A stretch of 46,149 nt of DNA from an uncultured Erysipelotrichaceae bacterium (GTDB taxonomy: Bacteria > Bacillota_I > Bacilli_A > RFN20 > CAG-449). The DNA lies in the NCBI GenBank assembly GCA_964456095.1, contig CAYVZF010000004.1, positions 1 to 46,149 of the forward strand, read 5' to 3'. Each line of letters opens with the position of its first letter. Within the stretch, counting starts at the first letter, position 1. Shown here one piece after another: positions 9,361-19,778 of this stretch. The notes beneath the pieces were generated by a model, which ran no database searches, had not been told where the DNA came from, and was given only the letters and a program-made list of their open reading frames with translations. The position numbers and the translations under genes are program-made.

Positions 9361-10601
9361 TCTTCTACTCCTATATCTGCGCCGATAGATCTTAATTTTT
9401 CATAAAATCTTTCATATCCCCTATCAATCAAGTCAGCATTTTCAATAATTGTTTCGCCACGAGCAAGTAAAGCCGCTAAAACAAGTGAAGCACCCATTCG
9501 TAAATCATGTACACTTACAATATTTCCATTAAGCATAAAAATTCCATTGATCAATAATGAATTATTCTCTTTTAAAATCATTGCCCCCATCTTTTTTAAT
9601 TCATCTACATGCGAAAATCTATTTTTATAAATATTCTCTCTAACAATATGGATTCTAGGTATTGATAAAAGATAACTAGTTAAGATTGGTTGTAAATCTG
9701 TAGGAAATGCTGGGAAAACACCTGTTTCAATTATTATTGAATTCGATTTTTTTGTTTTTTCAACAACTAAAGTATCATCGACAAAATAATATAACATATT
9801 AGACTTTTTCATTAATTCTTCTAAGTATGGAATATGCTTTCTAATAATTGGTTTGATTCTTAATTTTCCTAATGCTCCTCCTAATAAAACAAATGTTCCT
9901 ATTTCCATTCTACTTGGTATATTATTGATTTCTATTTCTTTATAAAGATTAGATTTTTTAATTATTATTTTATTGTCTTCTTTAATTATATTGCCACCAA
10001 TTTTATTAATTATTTCAATAAAACAATCTATTTCACATTCACTAGATATATTATTAATAATAACATCTTTATCGCATTGAATTCCCATTAATATTGCATT
10101 AATTGATGCTCCAAATGATATTCCTTTTAGAGTAATTTCTTCATTTTTAAAATCATTAAATGAAAATGACAAATTATCATTTTCTACTATTTCTACACCA
10201 AAATCATTAAAAAGTTTTAAATGAATATCAATAGGTCTAGATTCAAAATCACAACCACCTGGATAACTAATTTCAATTTTTTTTAAAATAGGAAGTAATG
10301 CACCTATTAAATAATATGAAGCCCTAATACGTTTTACTTCATCTATTATTAATGGTTTATATATTAAATCAAATGAATCAATAACTAAAGAGTGTTCATT
10401 AATCCATTTATATTTAACATTTAAATAATCAAAAATACTTAAAAAAGAATTAACATCATTTATTCTGGGAACATTATGTATAATTGTTTTACCTTTTATT
10501 AATAATGATAATGCAAGAAGGGGTAAAACTAAATTTTTAGATCCTGAAACTTCTACTTCACCTTGTAAATAATTATTACCTTTTATAATATATTTTTTCA
10601 T
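9357..10601 (-). CDS. murA: UDP-N-acetylglucosamine 1-carboxyvinyltransferase
   Basis: GSKN, RASYY, PGGC..RPIDIH, FPTDLQ, DLRMGA and IDRGYE motifs. Confidence 0.92.
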   Translation of the reverse strand: MKKYIIKGNNYLQGEVEVSGSKNLVLPLLALSLLIKGKTIIHNVPRINDVNSFLSIFDYLNVKYKWINEHSLVIDSFDLIYKPLIIDEVKRIRASYYLIGALLPILKKIEISYPGGCDFESRPIDIHLKLFNDFGVEIVENDNLSFSFNDFKNEEITLKGISFGASINAILMGIQCDKDVIINNISSECEIDCFIEIINKIGGNIIKEDNKIIIKKSNLYKEIEINNIPSRMEIGTFVLLGGALGKLRIKPIIRKHIPYLEELMKKSNMLYYFVDDTLVVEKTKKSNSIIIETGVFPAFPTDLQPILTSYLLSIPRIHIVRENIYKNRFSHVDELKKMGAMILKENNSLLINGIFMLNGNIVSVHDLRMGASLVLAALLARGETIIENADLIDRGYERFYEKLRSIGADIGVEE

Positions 10602-10621
10602 ACAATTTCACCATTCATATT

Positions 10622-10649
10622 AAGATATGGATTATTGATATTTTTTAGA
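10622..10649 (-). promoter_or_regulatory. Putative sigmaE-type promoter of murA
   Basis: Minus strand TCTAAAA-N13-CATATCTT; the -10 is identical to the one upstream of yabP. Confidence 0.4.
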
Positions 10650-10727
10650 ATGTAAAAGTTGAAAAAATATATATTTAAATATTATCAGAACAATAAATAT
10701 GCTATATTTTTATAGGAGGAACTCGAA

Positions 10728-12119
10728 ATGATAACAAAAAATTTAGCAAAAGAAGTATTAAACGAATGTCTTTCAACAGGTGCTGACTTTTCGGAAATAT
10801 TTTTAGAAGAAACCGTTTCTAATTCTATTACATGTGATAATGGAATCATCGAAACGATATCATCTAATACAATTTTTGGTGCAGGAATTAGATTAATTTC
10901 TGGTTTAAAAAGTGTATATGGTCATACAAATGATATATCAAGAAAAGGTTTATTAAATTTAGCATCAACTCTAAAAGACTCTTTTCAAAGTGAAAGGATT
11001 AAAAGTTGCGCTCCTATAAAAAAAATAAGAATTAGTAAAAAACATGAGCCAAAAATCCCTTATTCAACATATTCAAAAGAACAAATAATAAATTTATTAA
11101 AAAAAGCATCAAATGCAATGAAAATTGATGAAAGAATTGTTAGAACAGTATGTGGTATATCTTATTCTACACAACATATTCACATCTTTAACAGCAATGG
11201 TTTAGAAGCAGAAGATACACGTGTAAGAGGAAGAATGCAACTTCACGCTGTTGCAAAAGATGAAAACGGAATTGAAACCGCAGGAGAAAATCCAGGTGCT
11301 CAAGAAGGTATGGAATTTTTCTTAGAAGAAACAAATGTTTTAGAATTAGCAAGAAAAGCTGCCGAAAAAGCAATTGTCATGTTGGGAGCAAAAGAATGCC
11401 CATCAGGAAAAATGCCTGTTGTCATCGGTAATGGTTTCGGTGGAGTTATTTTCCATGAAGCATGCGGACATTCTCTAGAAGCTACTTCTGTAGCAAAGAA
11501 TCTTTCTGTTTTCTCAAATATGAAAGGAAAACAAATCGCATCAAGTATTGTTACCGCGGTTGATGATGGAACCATTAAAGGTGGCTGGGGAAGCGGAAAT
11601 ATCGATGATGAAGGTAATAAAACTACAAGAAATGTTTTAATTAAAAATGGCATTCTTATGAATTATATGGTCGATCCATTTAATGGAAGAAGAATGAACG
11701 ACAATGAAACAGGATGTTCAAGAAGACAATCATATAAATATGAACCTACATCAAGAATGACAAATACATTTATTTTACCAGGAAAAAATACTGTCGAAGA
11801 GATTATCTCTTCTGTTAAAAAAGGTCTATATGCAAAATCACTCGGTGGAGGAAGCGTTAATCCAACAACAGGAGAATTCAACTTTGCCGCGGATGAAGCT
11901 TATATAATAGAAGACGGAAAAATTACATATCCTGTTAAAGGAGCAACATTAATCGGATCAGGAAGTGAAGTATTAATGAAAATTGATATGATTGCAAATG
12001 ATTTAAAACGTGCTCAAGGAATGTGTGGTTCATCATCAGGATCAATACCTGTTGACGTTGGTCAACCAACAATAAGAGTAAGTGAAATGACTGTTGGTGG
12101 TAGAGGAGGAAAACTATAA
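10728..12119 (+). CDS. tldD: TldD metalloprotease subunit
   Basis: HEACGH zinc motif, DDEG, RMTNT and C-terminal GMCG..GQP. Confidence 0.92.
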   Translation: MITKNLAKEVLNECLSTGADFSEIFLEETVSNSITCDNGIIETISSNTIFGAGIRLISGLKSVYGHTNDISRKGLLNLASTLKDSFQSERIKSCAPIKKIRISKKHEPKIPYSTYSKEQIINLLKKASNAMKIDERIVRTVCGISYSTQHIHIFNSNGLEAEDTRVRGRMQLHAVAKDENGIETAGENPGAQEGMEFFLEETNVLELARKAAEKAIVMLGAKECPSGKMPVVIGNGFGGVIFHEACGHSLEATSVAKNLSVFSNMKGKQIASSIVTAVDDGTIKGGWGSGNIDDEGNKTTRNVLIKNGILMNYMVDPFNGRRMNDNETGCSRRQSYKYEPTSRMTNTFILPGKNTVEEIISSVKKGLYAKSLGGGSVNPTTGEFNFAADEAYIIEDGKITYPVKGATLIGSGSEVLMKIDMIANDLKRAQGMCGSSSGSIPVDVGQPTIRVSEMTVGGRGGKL

Positions 12120-13444
12120 TGAAATATGATATATATTTTAATGAAGCAAAAAATATAGGAATAAATGAACTTGAATTATACATATCATCTAGTTCTAAAC
12201 TATCATTTTCTTTATTTCATGGTGAATTAGATAATTTTTCATCCGCTAATACATATTTACTTCAAGCAAGAGGTATATTTAATAATAAATTCGGTTATGC
12301 ACAAACAGAAAAAAACGATAAAATTTCTCCAAAACTTTTAGTTGAGCAAATTAAAGAGAATGCAAGCTTAAATGAAGCAAAAGAAGATGCTAAATTATTT
12401 AAAGGTAGTGAAAAATATTTCAAGAAAAACGTATATAATCCTCATAATGAAAAAATCCCTACAGAATACAAAATTGCATTAGCAAAAGAAATGGAAAATG
12501 CCTTAAGACAAAAAGATAAAAGAATAATTGAAGTTGAAATATCATATGAAGAAATTATAGAGGAAATCCAATTAATTAATTCTTATGGTTTAAATTTAAA
12601 AAACAAATCTAATTTTGCATATTATTATGTTTCCGCAGTTGCGCAAGATAATGGTGACGAAACAAAAACAGCATATAAAATTGCTTTCTCTGATGACTTT
12701 GATAATTTTGATGGTGATAGCATTGTTAATGAAGTACTAGAAAAAACTATCTCACAACTTGGTGGTAAACCTTGTATTTCAAAACAATATAAGACTGTTT
12801 TAGCCAAAAATGTCACAAGTAATTTATTAAGTTTCTTCTTAAATTCATGTTCCGCTGAAGCGATTTATAAAAAATCTAGTCTTTTAGTAGATAAATTAAA
12901 TAAACAAGTCGCTTCTAAAAAAGTTACAATCGAAGAAAAACCATTAACTAAAAATATGTTTTTTAGATACTTCGATGATGAAGGAGTTGCAACTTCCAAT
13001 AAAAAAATAGTTGATAAAGGTATCTTAAAAACATACTTGTACGACATTAAAAATGCAGAACGATTCTCAGTAAATCAAGCTGGTAATGGATATAAAAACA
13101 GTAATGGAAAAGTCGGAATATCATTTGTAAATCCATATTTAAAACCAGGAAGTAAATCATTAGAACAAGTATTTGAAGAAATACAAGATGGTATTTATAT
13201 AACAAATGTTCAAGGATTACATGCTGGAATGAATCCTCAATCAGGTAATTTCTCATTACAAGCATCTGGTTATCTAATCGAAAATGGAAAGAAAGGAAAG
13301 CCAGTTACCTTAATAACAGTTGCGGGTAATCTATTTACAATGTTACAAAATGTTAAAGAAGTGTGTTCAGATTCTGAGCTTTTATCTTCAGGATTTACAT
13401 GCTCTTCAATTTATATTAAATCACTCGCAATTTCTGGCATTTAG
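12119..13444 (+). CDS. pmbA: PmbA/TldE subunit
   Basis: FDDEG, SGNFS and ITVAGN; lacks HExxH; coupled to tldD. Confidence 0.9.
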   Translation: MKYDIYFNEAKNIGINELELYISSSSKLSFSLFHGELDNFSSANTYLLQARGIFNNKFGYAQTEKNDKISPKLLVEQIKENASLNEAKEDAKLFKGSEKYFKKNVYNPHNEKIPTEYKIALAKEMENALRQKDKRIIEVEISYEEIIEEIQLINSYGLNLKNKSNFAYYYVSAVAQDNGDETKTAYKIAFSDDFDNFDGDSIVNEVLEKTISQLGGKPCISKQYKTVLAKNVTSNLLSFFLNSCSAEAIYKKSSLLVDKLNKQVASKKVTIEEKPLTKNMFFRYFDDEGVATSNKKIVDKGILKTYLYDIKNAERFSVNQAGNGYKNSNGKVGISFVNPYLKPGSKSLEQVFEEIQDGIYITNVQGLHAGMNPQSGNFSLQASGYLIENGKKGKPVTLITVAGNLFTMLQNVKEVCSDSELLSSGFTCSSIYIKSLAISGI

Positions 13445-13450
13445 TATTTT

Positions 13451-13495
13451 TAAGAGTTTTTAGAAACAAAATAAGTTTCTACTAACTCTTTTTTT
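13451..13495. terminator. Bidirectional terminator
   Basis: AAGAGTT..TAGAAAC / GTTTCTA..AACTCTT plus T-run between convergent genes. Confidence 0.6.
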
Positions 13496-14228
13496 ATTTT
13501 TCTTTTTTTAATACATCATTAATTTCATCAGTTTTATAATAATAAATCAAAAAAAGCAAACTTAATAATAAAATCATTAATACTAATAATATTATCTTAT
13601 CACCACGATAATTATTTAAACTTTCATTTGAAAAGAATAATGTAAATAAGATAGAAATTGGTCTTCCGATAATCTGTATTAAAGCAAAATTTTTAAATTT
13701 GATTTTAGTAATTCCCGCGACAGAACATAAAGGATCATCAGGAAAAAAAGGGAAAATAAGCATTAAAAAGAACAACAAATTTTCTTTTCCTTCGACTTTT
13801 TTTAAATATTTATTTACTAATTCCTTATCTCCTACAACCCAATTTACAAATGGTCTTCCGACTTTACGTCCAATAAAAAAAGCTAAAAAAGAACCTAGAA
13901 GAATACCAAATGTTGACATCCATAATGTTTGAAAAAATCCAAATAAATAATTACCTATCATTATCGAAAGCATACTTGGTATTGGAATAAAAGTTACTTG
14001 TAAAAAAGATATTGCAATGAACACTAACTTTGCATATGCTCCACTAGAACTAATTATCTCTTGAATTTTTTCTTTATTTTTAAAATCGGATATTTCAATA
14101 CCAAAACTATAATGAAATATCGAATATAATATTAAGAAAACAATCATAACAAGGAAAAAACCAATGAAAAGTTTAAATAAAGATTTAAATATTTTTTTTA
14201 ATTTCTCTTTCTTTTTTATAAAAATCAC
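13494..14228 (-). CDS. TVP38/DedA (VTT domain) membrane protein
   Basis: LQVTFIPIP, GRKVG and PFFPDD motifs. Confidence 0.85.
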   Translation of the reverse strand: MIFIKKKEKLKKIFKSLFKLFIGFFLVMIVFLILYSIFHYSFGIEISDFKNKEKIQEIISSSGAYAKLVFIAISFLQVTFIPIPSMLSIMIGNYLFGFFQTLWMSTFGILLGSFLAFFIGRKVGRPFVNWVVGDKELVNKYLKKVEGKENLLFFLMLIFPFFPDDPLCSVAGITKIKFKNFALIQIIGRPISILFTLFFSNESLNNYRGDKIILLVLMILLLSLLFLIYYYKTDEINDVLKKEK

Positions 14229-14233
14229 TCCAT

Positions 14234-15085
14234 TTATACTTTACTAATTGATACACTTTTTATTACTAAATCCGCATTTTCTTTTATATCAAACAGTATA
14301 TCAGATGAAGAATATCCATATATATTTGATAAATAAATGTAACCTGAATATAATAAACAAACAAGTGATGAATCACCATATAATTCAATATAATTACTTT
14401 CACCTTCAATACTTATTTTTCCACCATTTTCATAAATGGTAAATGCATTAACAAATGAAGAATTTGAAAGAGTTAATATATTTTTTGAGATTACTATTCC
14501 ATCATTTAATATTGAATATACATGACTATTATCATTTACTATTAATATATCAGTCATTTCAACATCAGCACTTCCTTTTTCTAAACAATGTATCGCCGAT
14601 GAATACGAAGAAAAAACATTAATTACAGAATTCGTTATTTTCACATTTGAATCTTCACCAATTACAAGAATAGAAGCATTTAATCCATATTTTAAAGTAT
14701 TATCATTTTTATTCTTTGTTTCGCCTTTTTTTACAATTGTAGTTTCATTAATTATTAGTTTACCACCATTTATTACAATAAAATTACAAATGTCACTATC
14801 ATCAACTAAATACAAATTATTGTCCAAAGTATACTCAATACCATCAATTATTTTATCTGCTTTATAAACAATTTCTTGAGCATTTATTATAATTTTACAT
14901 ACATGTTCATCTAAATAAGTTATTTTATATTCATGATCATTTTCTGATGAATATGACATAGATTCTTCAATAGTAAAATCATCACTAGAAACAGAATATT
15001 CACTTAATAATACATCACTTATAACATTATTATTATTACAACTAAATAAAAATAACAAAAAAACTAGAAACAAATGTTTTTTCAC
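14234..15085 (-). CDS. Putative lipoprotein with a beta-helix-like domain
   Basis: Lipobox LFSC; repetitive beta-strand composition. Confidence 0.55.
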   Translation of the reverse strand: MKKHLFLVFLLFLFSCNNNNVISDVLLSEYSVSSDDFTIEESMSYSSENDHEYKITYLDEHVCKIIINAQEIVYKADKIIDGIEYTLDNNLYLVDDSDICNFIVINGGKLIINETTIVKKGETKNKNDNTLKYGLNASILVIGEDSNVKITNSVINVFSSYSSAIHCLEKGSADVEMTDILIVNDNSHVYSILNDGIVISKNILTLSNSSFVNAFTIYENGGKISIEGESNYIELYGDSSLVCLLYSGYIYLSNIYGYSSSDILFDIKENADLVIKSVSISKV

Positions 15086-15110
15086 ATTATCACCCGTTTC
15101 TAGTATTCAC

Positions 15111-15926
15111 TTAATCATTAATATTTAATAAATTTTTTACTATTTCCTTATCATAACTTGCTATTAAAATAGAATACTCTTCTCCATCTAATTCAATATC
15201 TAACAAGCAATATGATGGAATTTTAAAATACATATTATTAAGTGTTTTTATTTTATACTTTTTATATGTATTAGATGAAGGTAATTCTTTTTTATTCCAA
15301 CCATAAAAATTAATAGATTTATCGCTTTGATCAAATCCTTTAATAGATGAAAGAGGAATTTTAATTAATGCATAGACATCAACAAAATATAAATATAATT
15401 CGTCTTTATATACTAAATACTCTTTGACCATTAAAGATTTATATAAAAGAGAAGAAGTCAACTTTCCTTTTTTATTTTCATAATAATTAAAATAACAATC
15501 TATTCCTTTTAATTCTTCATTTATACCCAATTCCAAATATGCTTTTTTTATTAATTTTTCCGCATCATTATTAAGTGCTATAAACTCTTCACTATTATTT
15601 ATTTTTTTTGTTTTTTTATACTCTAAAAACATAAATAAAAAAGATAAGCTAAGGCATACAACAAAACCAATTATTCCTATTAATGCATTTGTTATATTTT
15701 GATATATAAAATAAGAAAGTCCAATTAATATAAAAGGAAAAGATAATAACATTGAAATAGAAGATAATTTAGAAAAAATGCTTTTAAATTTATTTTGAAA
15801 AGAATTAATTCTAATATTCATCTCTTCGATTTCTTTATTTGTTTTATTTGATATTCTTTTAACCATATATTTTTCAAATACTGGTCTATTATTTCCATCT
15901 ACCTCTACTGAGAAAAAATTGTTCAT
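15111..15926 (-). CDS. Hypothetical membrane protein (2 TM)
   Basis: 271-aa ORF with two TMs; GCAGGT RBS. Confidence 0.6.
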   Translation of the reverse strand: MNNFFSVEVDGNNRPVFEKYMVKRISNKTNKEIEEMNIRINSFQNKFKSIFSKLSSISMLLSFPFILIGLSYFIYQNITNALIGIIGFVVCLSLSFLFMFLEYKKTKKINNSEEFIALNNDAEKLIKKAYLELGINEELKGIDCYFNYYENKKGKLTSSLLYKSLMVKEYLVYKDELYLYFVDVYALIKIPLSSIKGFDQSDKSINFYGWNKKELPSSNTYKKYKIKTLNNMYFKIPSYCLLDIELDGEEYSILIASYDKEIVKNLLNIND

Positions 15927-15966
15927 TAAAAATACCTGCCTTGATATATATTATATCAAAGGCTTA

Positions 15967-17988
15967 TTAATTTAATATCTTTTTTTTATTATTTTTAATT
16001 AATGCTTTTTTTACATTTCTTTTAATTAAAAATGCTCCATATTGTGCATATTCTTTTTCATCATAATTTATTTCACTTAATTCATTTTCATCAAATATGT
16101 AATCTTTTGCATACTCTTGTGATATTTTTGATATAGAACTTCTATCTAAATAATCAAATTTAATAATCCCATCTATTCTAGAAATAAATTCTTGTCTAAA
16201 TCTTTGACTTAATATATTTTTTTCATTAATAATTGTAGTATTTCTTTTAATATTAGATGAAAAAATATTTTCACCTTTAAAACCATAATTTGTATTCATT
16301 ATTATCATAACATCGTGCATATCTACGTATTTACCGCTTAAATCATAAAATCCTCCACGATCTAATATGGATAATATAAAATCAAGTACTTCATTACTTG
16401 CTTTATCAATCTCTTCAAATACAATAAGCAAATGAGGATGTGTTTTTATTTTTTTAATAAATGAACTAGATTCTTCTCCATAAATTCCTTTATTAGAGGA
16501 AAGTAATTCTTTTAATGAATACGGCTCTTGATATAATGACATATTTAAAACTAAAACATTTTCTAGTCCGAATAAGGTATCCCCTATTAACTTAGAAACT
16601 AAAGTTTTACCTACTCCTACAGGTCCTAAAAACAATAAACTTAATAATGGTTTATTATCATCTTTAACATCTAAATCTAATTCTAATAATGAATTATATA
16701 ATGATTCTAATGCTTTATCTTGACCTATAATTTTATTTTTTAATATTAAAAATAATTCATCCACTTTGTTTTTATTACTTCTTTCTATTTTATAAAATAG
16801 AGACATTGTCTTGTTAACATCTTCTTTAGTTAGATATGAAGATTTAGATAAAACTAAAGAATTATCAAGTATATCTATTGCTTTATCAGGGAATGACATA
16901 TCTTTTAAATAAATATTAGCAAGATGAACTATTTCATCTAAGATATCATCACTAATTAATTTATTATAATATGATTCATATAAAGGTTTAATTTTATATA
17001 ATATTTCTTTTGTTTCTTCAATTGTTGTTTGATATATCTTAATAACTTGGAATCTTCTTTTAAGAGGTTTATCTTTTTCAAAAACAGCATCGAACTCATC
17101 TTCTGTCGTTGCTCCTATTAATTGAATATCTCCTCTAGATAAATATGGTTTTAAAATATTTGATGCATCAATCGCACCTTCTGCTCCTCCAGCATGTACT
17201 ATATTATGAATTTCATCTATAAACAGAATAACGTTTCCTTCTTCTGTTACTTTTTTTAAGATTTTTTTTATTTTTTCTTCAAATTCTCCTCTATATTTAG
17301 TGCCACCTACAGTTGAAGCAATATCTAATTCATATATTCTTTTTCCAAGAAGCGAAGGAATTTTATTCTCTTCTAATTGTTTAGCAAGTTCTTCTACAAT
17401 CGCGGTTTTGCCTACTCCTGGTTCTCCTACTAAAATAGCATTAGGTTTATTTCTTCTAGATAAAGCATTAATAAGTTGAATTAATTCACTTTGTCTCCCT
17501 ATTAATGGATCACTATTTTTAATTCCTAAACGATGTAAATCAGTTATTAAATCTAAATCAGAATTCTTTTTATTAGCAAACATTGAATCTTTTAATAATG
17601 GAATATTGACTTTTAATTTTTTTAATAAAACATATGCCCCGCAGTTCTCTTCAAGAAGAATTGCATAAGAAAGAATAAGAGGAGTGATAAATCCTTCCTT
17701 TTTTTCTTTTGATAATGTTGATGCCTTTGATAGTAAAAGTTTTAATTCTATTGTATATTCCATATATTGAGGATCTTTTTCTTTTTTAGAAAATAATCCT
17801 TTTATTTTCTTATATATTGTGTCAGCATCTATTTTTTGTCTATTTAATTCTTTTGTAATTAATTGATCGTTATCTTTAAGTAACGCTAAAAGGACATGCT
17901 CACTAGTTACAAAACCATGATTTAATGAAAAAGCAATCGTTTCAGCTTTTGATAATATTTTTTCAGTGTCTTTAGAAAAATGTTCCAT
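15967..17988 (-). CDS. ClpC/ClpA-like AAA+ ATPase (short, degenerate second module)
   Basis: Clp_N repeats; D1 has GEPGVGKT, KYRGEFEE and FIDEIH; D2 has GPVGVGKT. Confidence 0.85.
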   Translation of the reverse strand: MEHFSKDTEKILSKAETIAFSLNHGFVTSEHVLLALLKDNDQLITKELNRQKIDADTIYKKIKGLFSKKEKDPQYMEYTIELKLLLSKASTLSKEKKEGFITPLILSYAILLEENCGAYVLLKKLKVNIPLLKDSMFANKKNSDLDLITDLHRLGIKNSDPLIGRQSELIQLINALSRRNKPNAILVGEPGVGKTAIVEELAKQLEENKIPSLLGKRIYELDIASTVGGTKYRGEFEEKIKKILKKVTEEGNVILFIDEIHNIVHAGGAEGAIDASNILKPYLSRGDIQLIGATTEDEFDAVFEKDKPLKRRFQVIKIYQTTIEETKEILYKIKPLYESYYNKLISDDILDEIVHLANIYLKDMSFPDKAIDILDNSLVLSKSSYLTKEDVNKTMSLFYKIERSNKNKVDELFLILKNKIIGQDKALESLYNSLLELDLDVKDDNKPLLSLLFLGPVGVGKTLVSKLIGDTLFGLENVLVLNMSLYQEPYSLKELLSSNKGIYGEESSSFIKKIKTHPHLLIVFEEIDKASNEVLDFILSILDRGGFYDLSGKYVDMHDVMIIMNTNYGFKGENIFSSNIKRNTTIINEKNILSQRFRQEFISRIDGIIKFDYLDRSSISKISQEYAKDYIFDENELSEINYDEKEYAQYGAFLIKRNVKKALIKNNKKKILN

Positions 17989-18020
17989 TTTCTTCCCCTT
18001 AATAGTAATTCACTACTATA

Positions 18021-18050
18021 CATTATATCCAAATGGATTTTTTCTTATTC
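18021..18050 (-). promoter_or_regulatory. Putative sigmaF-type promoter
   Basis: Minus strand GAATA-N15-GGATATAATG fits the sigmaF-type pattern (GYATA-like)-N15-GGnnAnAHTR. Confidence 0.4.
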
Positions 18051-18071
18051 ATTAACACTTTAATTATTTTT

Positions 18072-18641
18072 CTATAAAACGTTTATTAAAATGCCAAACA
18101 ATGCCGAAAAAATAATTATTAATACAGCAGACATATTTTTATCAAATAACTTCTTATATAAGAAATAAACTATAACAAGAAGGAAGAAAATAATAATAGC
18201 TTTAATATCTAAAACAAATTCATTAATTGAAACATATCCTAATGCTTTGAAAAGCATTACAATACCAGTAGAAATTAATAATCCAACAATTACAGGCGTT
18301 ACGCCTTTAATAAAATTCTTAAAGTGTTTATTATTTGTTAGATTTTTTAATACTATAGCAATTAAAAGAATAATAATGAAAGAAGGAAGTACTACCCCAA
18401 CAACCGCGCAAACACTCCCAAAAAATCCTCCTTGAGTAAACCCAACATAAGTAGCCATATTAATTGCTACAGGGCCTGGTGTTGATTCACAAACACCAAT
18501 AAAATTTAAAAATTCACTTTCTGTTAACCATGCATATTTTTCAATTACTACCTCTTGAATTAAAGGTATCATAGCATATCCTCCACCAAATGTGAAAAGA
18601 CCTATTTTAAAGAATTCATAAAAAAGTATTAAATATTCCAT
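18072..18641 (-). CDS. Short-chain chromate transporter subunit
   Basis: GLFTFGGGY and STPGP..N.AT motifs. Confidence 0.9.
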   Translation of the reverse strand: MEYLILFYEFFKIGLFTFGGGYAMIPLIQEVVIEKYAWLTESEFLNFIGVCESTPGPVAINMATYVGFTQGGFFGSVCAVVGVVLPSFIIILLIAIVLKNLTNNKHFKNFIKGVTPVIVGLLISTGIVMLFKALGYVSINEFVLDIKAIIIFFLLVIVYFLYKKLFDKNMSAVLIIIFSALFGILINVL

Positions 18642-18642
18642 A

Positions 18643-19212
18643 CTATTTCATTCCTTTCTTTCTTGACGATAAAAAAGAATAAACAAATAATCCAATAATA
18701 CCTCCAAGTAAAATAAAATAAATAGATGAAAAAGAAATCGAAAATATTTCAAATATTATTTCTAAAATTAAAACAACTATAAATATAAACATTGGAACAA
18801 ATTTCTTTTCTAATTTTTTTAACATTCCAATTCCTGCTTTTAAAATCAAAAATGCAACGGCACATTTTATACCTACAAATGCATATTGTACGTATAAATT
18901 GCTCATAAATGAATCTAATACTAATGATATTAAAAGGATAATAACAAAAGAAGGAAGTACTACTCCAAGTGTAGCAAGTAAACTACCAAAAAATTTCTTT
19001 TTTTTATATCCAACATAAGTAGCCATATTAATTGCTACAGGGCCTGGTGTTGATTCTGCGATTGCAATAATTTGAATTAGTTCTTCTTCATCTAACCACT
19101 TATTTTTTTCAACAACTTCTTCTCTTATTTGAGCAATCATTGCATATCCTCCACCAAATGTGAAAAGACCTATTTTAAAAAATGTTAGAAACAATTTTAT
19201 CAATTCCGCCAT
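18643..19212 (-). CDS. Short-chain chromate transporter subunit
   Basis: Same CHR motifs; tandem heterodimer pair. Confidence 0.9.
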   Translation of the reverse strand: MAELIKLFLTFFKIGLFTFGGGYAMIAQIREEVVEKNKWLDEEELIQIIAIAESTPGPVAINMATYVGYKKKKFFGSLLATLGVVLPSFVIILLISLVLDSFMSNLYVQYAFVGIKCAVAFLILKAGIGMLKKLEKKFVPMFIFIVVLILEIIFEIFSISFSSIYFILLGGIIGLFVYSFLSSRKKGMK

Positions 19213-19227
19213 ATAAATAACCCTCCT

Positions 19228-19680
19228 TTAACATTTATGTATATATATACGTGACATTTTTTCTTCCCCATCACAAAGGACGTCACAATAATATTTCCAG
19301 TCATATCTTTCATAAAAACCAGTATGATTAGTAACTAAGTATAATGTAGTAATTCCTTTTTTACTTAAATCTAAACATACTTTATTAAGCATTTTACCAG
19401 CGTTATGTTTATTACGATGTTCTTCTTCCACATAAACCGCACAAACATTAGGTGCTAGATCTTTTCTAGGATGAAAATCATTTTCAATTACTCCAAGTCC
19501 TCCAACAATCTCATTGCCACATAAAGTTAAATACCAACAAGGTATAGTATTACTTTTTAATCCTTCATTCATACTATCCAAATACGCTTCAAGAGGTATA
19601 CCCCATTTTTCATGGAACCAATCTGCAGCTTTATTTATTAATTCTTCATGTTCTTTTAAATTTATTATTTTGTATTTCAT
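19228..19680 (-). CDS. GNAT family acetyltransferase
   Basis: AVYVEEEHR..AGK and GFYERY motifs. Confidence 0.85.
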   Translation of the reverse strand: MKYKIINLKEHEELINKAADWFHEKWGIPLEAYLDSMNEGLKSNTIPCWYLTLCGNEIVGGLGVIENDFHPRKDLAPNVCAVYVEEEHRNKHNAGKMLNKVCLDLSKKGITTLYLVTNHTGFYERYDWKYYCDVLCDGEEKMSRIYIHKC

Positions 19681-19778
19681 ACTTCCTCCATGAAATAATT
19701 TGATATTTAATTGTATTTCACACTAAAAAACTGTTGTTTTTTCTAATTATTATTTAGATCTTCAACAGTTTTTAATTT

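Noticed and set aside
10728-13444. tldD/pmbA as a RiPP maturation cluster
   Set aside because: No precursor peptide, YcaO or exporter nearby; likely the ordinary housekeeping pair.
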